NCBI GenBank assembly: GCA_021651055.1
Contig: JAJHOH010000001.1
Span: 4,207,059 to 4,231,058, forward strand
Origin: Candidatus Manganitrophus morganii
GTDB taxonomy: Bacteria > Nitrospirota > Nitrospiria > SBBL01 > Manganitrophaceae
Reading direction: 5' to 3'
Length of the DNA stretch: 24,000 nucleotides
Shown here: positions 7,230 to 14,272 of the stretch, piece by piece
Numbering within the stretch: the first letter of the stretch is position 1
Layout: every line of letters starts with the position of its first letter
The notes under the pieces: model-generated
What the model was told of the DNA's origin: nothing
Seen by the model: the letters and a program-made list of their open reading frames with translations, nothing else
Databases searched by the model: none
Made by a program: the position numbers and the translations under genes

Positions 7230-10181
7230 TTATAGATAAGAGATTCTATCCTTCTTTTTAGTATCCTGCCGTTTCGGTTTTTTGGGCGGCTCTGAGACCG
7301 AGGATACAGCCGGATTCATTGCGTCTTCCTGTCGCTCCGTCTTTATCGTCTTTTTTGCTGCAACATCTCTAAACGTCGGGTCAATGAGATAGATCCCCTC
7401 ATAAAGGGCTTTTGCTTGATCCAGAACGCCTTGAATCTCATAGAGCATCGCCAATTCGTATTTTAGCGCAATGACATTTTCATTTTTGCACCTCGGATCT
7501 TCCAACGCGTTTTGAATAATTTCCACGGCGGTATCGATCATCCCGTTCTCTTTATAGCAGCTCGCCAACATGCTCGACGCGTCTTGAAAACGGAGGTTCC
7601 CCTGGAATGCAAGCTCGAATTCCTTGATCGCCTCCGGAATCAGGCCCATTTCTTTATAGGCGATGCCGAGATTATAGTGGGTCTCGTACTCTTGTTCATC
7701 GTGTCCTCTTTGAATATTTGCTTTTAAATCATTGATGCTGTCTTCCAAGCCGGGGATACTGATATCGAATGAATCGTCGGCTTCCGTATTCAGTTCTTCT
7801 CCGAAAATAGATTTCAGATCGATATACTCCTCTCTCGCCGGTTCTTCAGCCCGCTCGGATGAGATCTCCTCCGATATTTGTTCACTTTCCGAAGGTTCTT
7901 CCTCGCCTTCGTCTGCAAGGAGGCCGTCCAGGCTTTCCTCAAGCTCGGAGAGTCCTTCGAAAGAAATTTCTTCCCCTGTCAGCGGCGGATCGGTTACAAC
8001 TTCACGTTCTACATCAGAGGACACTTTCTTTTTTTCTTTTTCTTTCGCTTGGAGATTCAACAGCATCAAACGTGCTTCTGCGCATCCGGAATCTCTTTTC
8101 AGTATTTCCCAGAGGAGTGATTTGGCCGCTTCTTTTTTTCCATCCTGTATGTATTCTTCCGCTTGCGTTAGTTTTAATTTAATTTCATCCGATTCTTGAA
8201 GATCTTCTTCCCGGACGGGGGCCTCTTCTTGGGAAGAGGAGTCCCCTTCTTCTAGGACCGAGAGCGGCTCGGCTTCATGCGCAATTTCACCGATTTCCTC
8301 TTCCGGCGCTGATGGCGGGTCGAGGACTTCGATCGCGGGCGATTGCTCCGCGGATACCGATCCTTCGTCAGCGATCTCGCGAACGGCCTCCTGCCGGTAT
8401 TGTCCTTCGGGATCGAGGGCTCTTATTTCTTCCAAGATGGCGGTTCTTTTGTCCTCCGCGCCGATTTTCTCGTAAAGGTCGGAGAGAAAAAGACATTCTT
8501 GGACCGCTTCCTTTCGCATTCCCTCTTTTAAATAGAGCTCTTTTAATTGAAGGGGAGGTTCTTCCCTCGACGGCGCCAGCTTCCGGAGGAGCGTCAATTG
8601 TTCAATCGCTTTACTGTTGAGTCCGTATTTGATATAGACTTCGGCCTCCGTTAAGTGTCCCTGGAATGTCGTTTCGGAAACCTCATCGACGGGCGCTTCT
8701 GCAGATCTGCTTTCTGCCGAGACCGATTCGGCAGGGGCCTGGCTTACTTCATTGATATCCACCGGTTCCGGCAACTCTTCGGCGGCCGGTTCGAGTTCGG
8801 GCAACGCTTCCTCGATGACCGGAGCCGCCGCCTCCGCTTGAAGCGGTTCTTCCAGCGGCTCAAGCGGCAGCGCTTCTATCGCTGCTTCTTGGGCTGATTC
8901 TTCGGCCGCTTCTTCCTCCGGTTCAAAGAGCCGGCGACAATGCTCGTTCTCGGAAATCCCGGGGAGGCGTGATTTCATTTCTTCATAATAGGCTTGTGCA
9001 TCGGTCGTCGATCGTTGCTGATGAAGGAGAGAAACGATTTTTGAATAACACTGGATCGCCTCTCCTTCCTCTCCTGACCGCTCGAAAGACTCTCCGAGGA
9101 ACTGGTGGGCCGATACTTGTTCCGGATTCGCCGCAAGGTAACGCTGTATGAGTGATCGGCTCTCGGATAAGAGCTGATGCGATTCGGCGAGAGGAACCGC
9201 CTTCTGAAGAATCGAGAACGCTTTGGGAGACGAATCCCTTTCAAGAAAAAATTCAACCCACTTTGATAAATACGCAAAGGCTTCCGCGGGTTGATCTTGA
9301 ACTTCCTCGACAAGCAGTTCGGCCGCCGACCAGTCCCCCTCCTGAAACGCCTTTTCCATCCTGACCGACAGCGAGGGGGCTTCCTCCTGTGCCGGCTCGG
9401 CGGCAGGGGGGATGATCGGTTCGGATGGGCTCGGAGGAGAAGATGCTTCCTGAGGAAGGGATGTTTCTTGCGCAGAGACCTCTTCCTGGAGAGGCGCCCC
9501 CGCTTCTATGACAGAGGGAGGGACGGAGGCCTGGCTTTTCTCGGCTGAAACGTTCTCATCGACAGGTGAGGTCGTCCCTGTAAAGGTGGGATCGATCTTC
9601 ATTACCTTGTCGATGACTTCTTGCGCCTCGGAAGTCATCTGACGATCCTTAAAGATCGATATCACTTTGCTGTATTCTTCGACGGCCTCTTTCGCCAGGC
9701 CCCACTTTTGACAAATCTCCGCGAGTTTTTGTCGAACCGCAAAGTTCTTCGGGTCGAGATTCGCGAGCTTTCGATAGACTGCAATGGAGGATTGCATGTC
9801 GCCCTCCTTTGCGTAATGCTTCGCGACCTTTAGATAGTCCTCTGCGGCATTGGCAACCAACCCGCGTTCCGCGTGAACATCGGCCAGTTTTTCATAAACA
9901 TCCATGCGGGTCGGATCGACCTTGACGATCTTTTTAAAAACCGCGATACTTTTTAACTCGAAGCCGGCCCCTCGAAATGCATCGGCGGCCTTCAGATAGG
10001 CCGCAATGGCCTCTTTGGTATGATTTGCCTTTAAATGAAGATCCCCGATGGTGTTATAGATGTTGCCGTCGTTGGGGGTTTCAGCGATGAGCTTTTGCCA
10101 CTCTTCAATGGCCTTATCGATCTGCCCTTTTGCCGCGAGTTTTTGGGCTTTTTCGATGATCGAACTCTTATCGGAAGACAA
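7230..10181 (-). CDS. 983-aa modular TPR-repeat / acidic low-complexity protein, predicted cytoplasmic
   Basis: TPR-like helical repeats at the N-terminus (aa ~1-200), in two short central blocks and at the C-terminus (aa ~810-940, e.g. HYNLGIAYKEMGLIPEAIKEFELAF). Four long E/P/A/S-rich acidic linkers separate them, and the protein ends in a basic tail PPKKPKRQDTKKKDRISYL. No signal peptide or TM segment is seen. TTG start with GAGGGG 6 nt upstream. Coding is supported by the length and by the consistent repeat structure. Confidence 0.8.
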   Translation of the reverse strand: MSSDKSSIIEKAQKLAAKGQIDKAIEEWQKLIAETPNDGNIYNTIGDLHLKANHTKEAIAAYLKAADAFRGAGFELKSIAVFKKIVKVDPTRMDVYEKLADVHAERGLVANAAEDYLKVAKHYAKEGDMQSSIAVYRKLANLDPKNFAVRQKLAEICQKWGLAKEAVEEYSKVISIFKDRQMTSEAQEVIDKVMKIDPTFTGTTSPVDENVSAEKSQASVPPSVIEAGAPLQEEVSAQETSLPQEASSPPSPSEPIIPPAAEPAQEEAPSLSVRMEKAFQEGDWSAAELLVEEVQDQPAEAFAYLSKWVEFFLERDSSPKAFSILQKAVPLAESHQLLSESRSLIQRYLAANPEQVSAHQFLGESFERSGEEGEAIQCYSKIVSLLHQQRSTTDAQAYYEEMKSRLPGISENEHCRRLFEPEEEAAEESAQEAAIEALPLEPLEEPLQAEAAAPVIEEALPELEPAAEELPEPVDINEVSQAPAESVSAESRSAEAPVDEVSETTFQGHLTEAEVYIKYGLNSKAIEQLTLLRKLAPSREEPPLQLKELYLKEGMRKEAVQECLFLSDLYEKIGAEDKRTAILEEIRALDPEGQYRQEAVREIADEGSVSAEQSPAIEVLDPPSAPEEEIGEIAHEAEPLSVLEEGDSSSQEEAPVREEDLQESDEIKLKLTQAEEYIQDGKKEAAKSLLWEILKRDSGCAEARLMLLNLQAKEKEKKKVSSDVEREVVTDPPLTGEEISFEGLSELEESLDGLLADEGEEEPSESEQISEEISSERAEEPAREEYIDLKSIFGEELNTEADDSFDISIPGLEDSINDLKANIQRGHDEQEYETHYNLGIAYKEMGLIPEAIKEFELAFQGNLRFQDASSMLASCYKENGMIDTAVEIIQNALEDPRCKNENVIALKYELAMLYEIQGVLDQAKALYEGIYLIDPTFRDVAAKKTIKTERQEDAMNPAVSSVSEPPKKPKRQDTKKKDRISYL

Positions 10182-10239
10182 AGATATCCCCTCTATGTAC
10201 TCGTATTAGGAGATATCATAGAACCCCCGATGTGTCAAG

Positions 10240-10291
10240 AAAACCAAACAAAAAGCCTGCTGGTTTATATCCAGATTTGACCAGCAGGCTT
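10240..10291 (-). terminator. rho-independent terminator after the small lipoprotein gene
   Basis: Perfect 12-bp stem AAGCCTGCTGGT (10253-10264) / ACCAGCAGGCTT (10280-10291) with a 15-nt loop. On the minus-strand transcript it is followed by TTTGTTTGGTTTT (10252..10240). It lies 40 nt after the lipoprotein stop. Confidence 0.65.
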
Positions 10292-10331
10292 CTTGTTTGA
10301 ATACAATGACCCAGGCTGCGCCTGGCCCCTC

Positions 10332-10532
10332 TTACGGTGATGCCGGAGGGGGCTGTTCAGGTGTCCCATCGGGTGCTGCAGGAGGTTCTGCCGGTGGTGT
10401 CTCAGGGGGTGTCGCGGGTGATGGTGTTTCAGCGGGTGTTTGCGGGCTTTGTTCCTCTTGAGGACGCTCATAACAGGCGGATAAACCGGTTGCAATGAGC
10501 AAAACAGCGGCTAATCTAATCCAGTTCTTCAT
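10332..10532 (-). CDS. small Pro/Glu/Thr-rich lipoprotein (66-aa precursor)
   Basis: MKNWIRLAAVLLIATGLSAC has a basic n-region, a hydrophobic core and the lipobox L-S-A-C. The mature 47 aa are disordered-looking (QTPAETPSPATPPETPPAEPPAAPDGTPEQPPPASP). SD-like AAAGGGGA lies 7 nt upstream of the ATG, and a terminator follows. Confidence 0.65.
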   Translation of the reverse strand: MKNWIRLAAVLLIATGLSACYERPQEEQSPQTPAETPSPATPPETPPAEPPAAPDGTPEQPPPASP

Positions 10533-10664
10533 TTTATTCCCCTTTCGCTGATCAAATTAGCGTGTGTTTCATCCGATCGCGCCGAGGTTCCTATGGATCT
10601 TCCCAGTCAATGCGCGACGTTTTTCGACACGCTCTTTTTTACTGTAAGATTGAAATGATCCATA

Positions 10665-10694
10665 TTTACAATTGGATCACTTCCCATGTATAGT
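10665..10694 (+). promoter_or_regulatory. candidate sigma-70 promoter of lptFG (TTTACA-18 nt-TATAGT)
   Basis: -35-like TTTACA at 10665-10670 and -10-like TATAGT at 10689-10694. The -10 ends 8 nt before the lptF ATG, and there is no SD in between. Hexamer match only. Confidence 0.3.
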
Positions 10695-10702
10695 GTCACA
10701 TC

Positions 10703-11833
10703 ATGATTCGGATTCTCGATCGTTACATTCTCAAAGAGCTGCTGATCCCCTTTTTTTTCGGCATTTTTATACTAACATTTTTAATTCTCATTCATCAACT
10801 CTTGCGGTTGATGGAGCTCGTCATCGACAAGGGGGTCGATCTTCTCAGCGTCGGACAGATCTTTCTGACCCTTCTCCCCTCTTTTTTCCTTTTGACCATT
10901 CCGATGGCCGTCCTGATGTCCTCGGTCATGACTTTTAACCGACTCTCGAATGATAACGAAATTACCGCTTTGAAATCGGCCGGCGTCGGATTTTATCGTT
11001 ACCTCCGTCCGGTTCTTTTCTTTTCGGTCGCGGCGGCTCTCGTTACCCTATTTATGGGAATGATCGCCCAGCCCTGGGGCGGGGGCTCCTTCAAATCACT
11101 GGCGATGAAGATCCTGAAGAAGCGGGCCAGCGTCGGAATCGAGGAGGGGAAATTCAACGGAACGTTTTCGGATATTATGATCTACGTTGAGTCGATGCCG
11201 ACCTTCACGGAAATGGAAGGGGTCTTCATCTACGATGTAAGAGATCAGAACGCTCCCAGGATCATCGTTGCAAAAAAAGGAATCCTCTTGAACGATCCCG
11301 GCACCGGCGCCATTGAGTTTCATCTTCTAAATGGAAGTCTCCACGCGCAGAGAAAAGAGGGCGCCGATTATCAGCATGTGGTTTTTGCCACGTATGATTT
11401 GAGATTGGATTTGGGGTCGGTCCTTCAGGGAGGAAATACGAATTTGGAGACCCCCACTTACCGGGAGATTAAGAAAAACGTGGAGGCATCCGGCGGAAAA
11501 GATCTTCGCGCCTTGCGTCTTTTGTCTGAATTTTATAAAAACTTTTCTTTCTCTCTCGCCTCGCTTGTTTTCGGTCTGGTCGGTGTTCCGCTCGGCATTA
11601 TCTCGGGAAGAACCGGCCGTTTGGGAGGATTCACCGTCGGAATCGGGTTGATTACCCTTTATTATTTGCTCAATACATTGGGGGACTACTTGATCACAAT
11701 CCGGTTCGCCACCCCCTTTCTGGCGGTCTGGGTTCCCCATTTTGCGCTCATTCCCCTGACCCTTTATCTGATGAGGGCGATGGCGCGGGAGTCGTATCCC
11801 AAATTCCTTCAACTCGGCAACAAGAGGCCCTAG
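10703..11833 (+). CDS. lptF: LPS export ABC transporter permease LptF (YjgP/YjgQ family)
   Basis: MIRILDRYILKELLIPFFFG is the family N-terminus. It has a multi-TM N-terminal half, a periplasmic beta-jellyroll-like middle and C-terminal TM segments, and it is paired with a second family member immediately downstream. The F versus G assignment rests on gene order only. Confidence 0.85.
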   Translation: MIRILDRYILKELLIPFFFGIFILTFLILIHQLLRLMELVIDKGVDLLSVGQIFLTLLPSFFLLTIPMAVLMSSVMTFNRLSNDNEITALKSAGVGFYRYLRPVLFFSVAAALVTLFMGMIAQPWGGGSFKSLAMKILKKRASVGIEEGKFNGTFSDIMIYVESMPTFTEMEGVFIYDVRDQNAPRIIVAKKGILLNDPGTGAIEFHLLNGSLHAQRKEGADYQHVVFATYDLRLDLGSVLQGGNTNLETPTYREIKKNVEASGGKDLRALRLLSEFYKNFSFSLASLVFGLVGVPLGIISGRTGRLGGFTVGIGLITLYYLLNTLGDYLITIRFATPFLAVWVPHFALIPLTLYLMRAMARESYPKFLQLGNKRP

Positions 11834-11835
11834 CT

Positions 11836-12918
11836 GTGTCGATCATTTCACGATATATTCTGAAAGAATACCTGAAGTTTTTTTCGGTCACGCTTGCGGT
11901 CCTCTCCCTCGTTTATTTGACGATCGAGTTTCTGGAAAAAATACGGAAGTTCTCAGAGCGGGATGCGGACTTTCTGCTGGTCGTTCAATATTTCCTCTAC
12001 AAGCTTCCAAGGATCCTTTTCGACATTTCCCCACTGGCCGTTCTCATTGCTACCTTTCTAACGTTGGGAATGTTGTCGCGAAACAATGAGATCATCGCAT
12101 TTAAAAGTTCGGGGGTCAGCCTTCTCAAGTTGACCGCTCCCCTCCTTCTCTTCGGCGCCTTTTTCAGCGGCGTTCTCTTTTTTCTTAATGGCACCCTGAT
12201 TCCATCGGCGTACAAACAGGCCAAAGTGATTCAGGAGGTCCGGATCGAAAAGAGGAATGTGGACGGAAAGTTGGTTCAAAACAAATTCTGGCTCCGCCTC
12301 GACAGCCGCACCCTTTTCAACATCGAGCTCGCGGAGCCGAATCGGCGGAAGATGCATGGGATCAAGATCTATTATCTCGGGAACGATTTCTCCTTGCCGG
12401 AGACGATCGAGGCCGAAGCGCTGACATACCGAGATGGGAGCTGGGTCCTCTCCGAAGGAATCCGCCGTCGATTTCAGCCGGATGGAACTGTTCAGATCAA
12501 ACGTTTCGATGAAGAGATCATTCCGATCAACAAGCGGCCGGAAGATTTTAAACAGGTGGTCGCCCAGCCCGAGGAGATGACATATCAGCACCTTGAAGCC
12601 TATATCGATCAGCTCTCCCAGGATGGATTTGATGTGACGCGGTACCGCGTCGATCTTCTCGGCCGGCAAGCTTTTCCTTTTATCAACTTCATGATGGTTT
12701 TGGTGGGAATTCCATTCGCCCTTCATGACCGGAGGAGCACGGGAGTTGCCCGGGGGGGGGCAATCAGCCTTTTTTTGGGGCTGTTTTATTATCTCGTTTT
12801 TTCAGTCACGATCTCGCTCGGTCACGTGAACGCCCTCTCCCCCTGGCTCTCCGCCTGGGGGGCTAATCTCCTTTTTATCGGAATCGGAACCTATCTTTTT
12901 TTGAATATCCGGCACTAA
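11836..12918 (+). CDS. lptG: LPS export ABC transporter permease LptG (YjgP/YjgQ family)
   Basis: (M)SIISRYILKEYLKFF, the same architecture as lptF. GTG start 2 nt after the lptF stop. Confidence 0.85.
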   Translation: MSIISRYILKEYLKFFSVTLAVLSLVYLTIEFLEKIRKFSERDADFLLVVQYFLYKLPRILFDISPLAVLIATFLTLGMLSRNNEIIAFKSSGVSLLKLTAPLLLFGAFFSGVLFFLNGTLIPSAYKQAKVIQEVRIEKRNVDGKLVQNKFWLRLDSRTLFNIELAEPNRRKMHGIKIYYLGNDFSLPETIEAEALTYRDGSWVLSEGIRRRFQPDGTVQIKRFDEEIIPINKRPEDFKQVVAQPEEMTYQHLEAYIDQLSQDGFDVTRYRVDLLGRQAFPFINFMMVLVGIPFALHDRRSTGVARGGAISLFLGLFYYLVFSVTISLGHVNALSPWLSAWGANLLFIGIGTYLFLNIRH

Positions 12919-13006
12919 CCTAGAAACAATAAGGGCTTATTAACGGAAGAGCCAGGGCTCGGCCTGCTTCAGGATCTTCTTCGCCTGGTTCCGCCGCTGC
13001 ATTTAG

Positions 13007-13033
13007 CTTGTAAATTAAATCCCCCACCCATCT
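13007..13033 (+). promoter_or_regulatory. sigma-32-like heat-shock promoter candidate
   Basis: CTTGTAA (13007-13013), a 13-nt spacer, then CCCATCT (13027-13033). This resembles the proteobacterial sigma-32 consensus CTTGAAA-N13-15-CCCCATNT and lies upstream of an Hsp20 gene. Motif resemblance only. Confidence 0.3.
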
Positions 13034-13050
13034 CGTCGTCGACGCCAACC

Positions 13051-13080
13051 TTGACCGGGTTGAATCAATACGCTCATAAT
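13051..13080 (+). promoter_or_regulatory. sigma-70-like promoter candidate for hsp20 (TTGACC-18 nt-CATAAT)
   Basis: TTGACC at 13051-13056 and CATAAT at 13075-13080. This predicts a leader of about 25 nt carrying AGGAGG (13101-13106) 5 nt before the ATG at 13112. Confidence 0.4.
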
Positions 13081-13111
13081 AAAAGGGTCTTAAAAACCAA
13101 AGGAGGTATCG

Positions 13112-13588
13112 ATGAGGAATGCGCGTTTCGATCAGCGTCCTTTTAAGCTGAGACGCCAATTCTATGATCTTTTCAAGATGATTTTTGGACAACACTCCTC
13201 GGGAGCCGGGCTCGACACCGATCAAGAAACGGTCTGGACGCCGCCGGTCGATTTCTACAGAGAGGACGGCCGGTGGGTCGTCCGTGTCGAGATGCCGGGA
13301 GTGAACCCAAATGACGTTTCCGTCTCGGTGGTCGATGATCGATTGATCATCCGTGGGGAGAGAAAGCTTTCGGAGGCCTTAAAATCGGAATATTGCATTC
13401 TTCACGAGTGTTCCACCGGTCCCTTCGAGAGAATCATCAGCCTTTCTGCTCCCGTTCCGGAAGACCAGATCAAGGCCCGTTACCGCCAAGGGATCCTCTA
13501 CGTGACGTTTCCAGTGACGGCGGAGAAGGGAATGAGAATCGAAATCCAATCCGAAGCGTCCTCGGAGGAAACGCCGAAAGCGGCATAA
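13112..13588 (+). CDS. Hsp20/alpha-crystallin family small heat-shock protein (copy A)
   Basis: Alpha-crystallin domain: WTPPVDFYREDGRWVVRVEMPGVNPNDVSVSVVDDRLIIRGERK, FERIISLSAPV and ARYRQGILYVTFP. A C-terminal I-x-I motif (RIEIQ) and a strong SD are present. Confidence 0.9.
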   Translation: MRNARFDQRPFKLRRQFYDLFKMIFGQHSSGAGLDTDQETVWTPPVDFYREDGRWVVRVEMPGVNPNDVSVSVVDDRLIIRGERKLSEALKSEYCILHECSTGPFERIISLSAPVPEDQIKARYRQGILYVTFPVTAEKGMRIEIQSEASSEETPKAA

Positions 13589-13698
13589 TTCCGGATCCAT
13601 CGCAGACGAGCAGCCCCTTAGGCCTGGCGACAGAGAAACCGATGAATTCAAATTGAAACCAAACCATAAGGACAGTTTTGATTAAGGAGGTGAAGTGT

Positions 13699-14178
13699 AT
13701 GGCAGGAGAAGCCTTCCGATGGCGTTCATTTGAAGAAATGGCCGATCTCATCCGATCGTTGAATGTGATCTTCCGAACGACTTTCGGCGAGCGGGCCTTC
13801 GGCACCGGCTATCAGCCGGGCGAATGGGTTCCTTCGGTTGATCTCTATACGAGGGACGGATACTGGGTCGTCCGGATGGAGCTTCCGGGGGTTCATTCGG
13901 AAGATGTCTCTCTCTCCGTCCTGGACAACCAACTTTATATTCGGGGCGAACGGAAACCGCCGGAGGGTTTTGATCCGGAGAAGTGCATTTTTCAGGAGTC
14001 CTCTTTCGATCGCTTCGAGCGGGCGGTGGTCTTTCCAGGGCCGATTCGAGAAGAGGGGGTTCGAACCTGGTTTGACAAAGGGGTTCTCTTCGTAACGCTT
14101 CCCGCGACGGAGGGGAACGGAAGGCGGATCGAAGTCCAATCCGAGGAGCCGCCGGAGGAAAAGCAGGAAGCGGCATAA
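13699..14178 (+). CDS. Hsp20/alpha-crystallin family small heat-shock protein (copy B)
   Basis: WVPSVDLYTRDGYWVVRMELPGVHSEDVSLSVLDNQLYIRGERK, FERAVVFPGPI, FDKGVLFVTLP and RIEVQ. The track starts at TTG 13678. ATG 13699 is preferred because AGGAGG (13685-13690) lies 8 nt upstream. Confidence 0.9.
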   Translation: MAGEAFRWRSFEEMADLIRSLNVIFRTTFGERAFGTGYQPGEWVPSVDLYTRDGYWVVRMELPGVHSEDVSLSVLDNQLYIRGERKPPEGFDPEKCIFQESSFDRFERAVVFPGPIREEGVRTWFDKGVLFVTLPATEGNGRRIEVQSEEPPEEKQEAA

Positions 14179-14272
14179 TGCTGACAATTTAATCGCAAAT
14201 CGACCTTCAGGGGTTTTCGTCTCATCCTCACCCGGTTCCGTCCCGCTGGGTCCCCTTGGAAGAAGGAGCGAC

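Noticed and set aside
7732-8199. Ser-rich plus-strand ORFs (7732..8199, 7859..8182, 7878..8120, 8312..8620 and others) inside the big TPR gene
   Set aside because: They lie exactly opposite the Glu/Asp-rich linkers. Reverse-complemented GAA/GAG/GAT codons give Ser/Phe/Leu strings and few stops, so this is an artefact of low-complexity coding on the other strand.
10265-10495. 76-aa His/Pro/Arg-rich ORF in another frame of the lipoprotein gene
   Set aside because: The 10332..10532 frame has an SD, a signal peptide, a lipobox and a terminator at the right distance. The alternative frame has none of these and would run into the terminator stem.
12058-12726. 222-aa ORF antisense to lptG, and 11327..11812 antisense to lptF
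   Set aside because: The plus-strand products have the YjgP/YjgQ N-terminal signature and the TM pattern. The antisense products have no recognisable features.
13098-13144. Possible RNA thermometer masking the hsp20 copy A Shine-Dalgarno (AAAGGA pairing with TCCTTT at 13138-13143)
   Set aside because: I could find only 6 contiguous base pairs with a mismatch next to them, and no ROSE-like or fourU-like features. That is too weak to call without folding calculations and conservation.
12920-13225. 101-aa minus-strand ORF covering the lptG/hsp20 intergenic region and the first 38 codons of hsp20 copy A
   Set aside because: It would run through the hsp20 promoter, SD and start. It has no SD of its own and no recognisable domain. 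The plus-strand interpretation (promoters plus hsp20) explains the region better.
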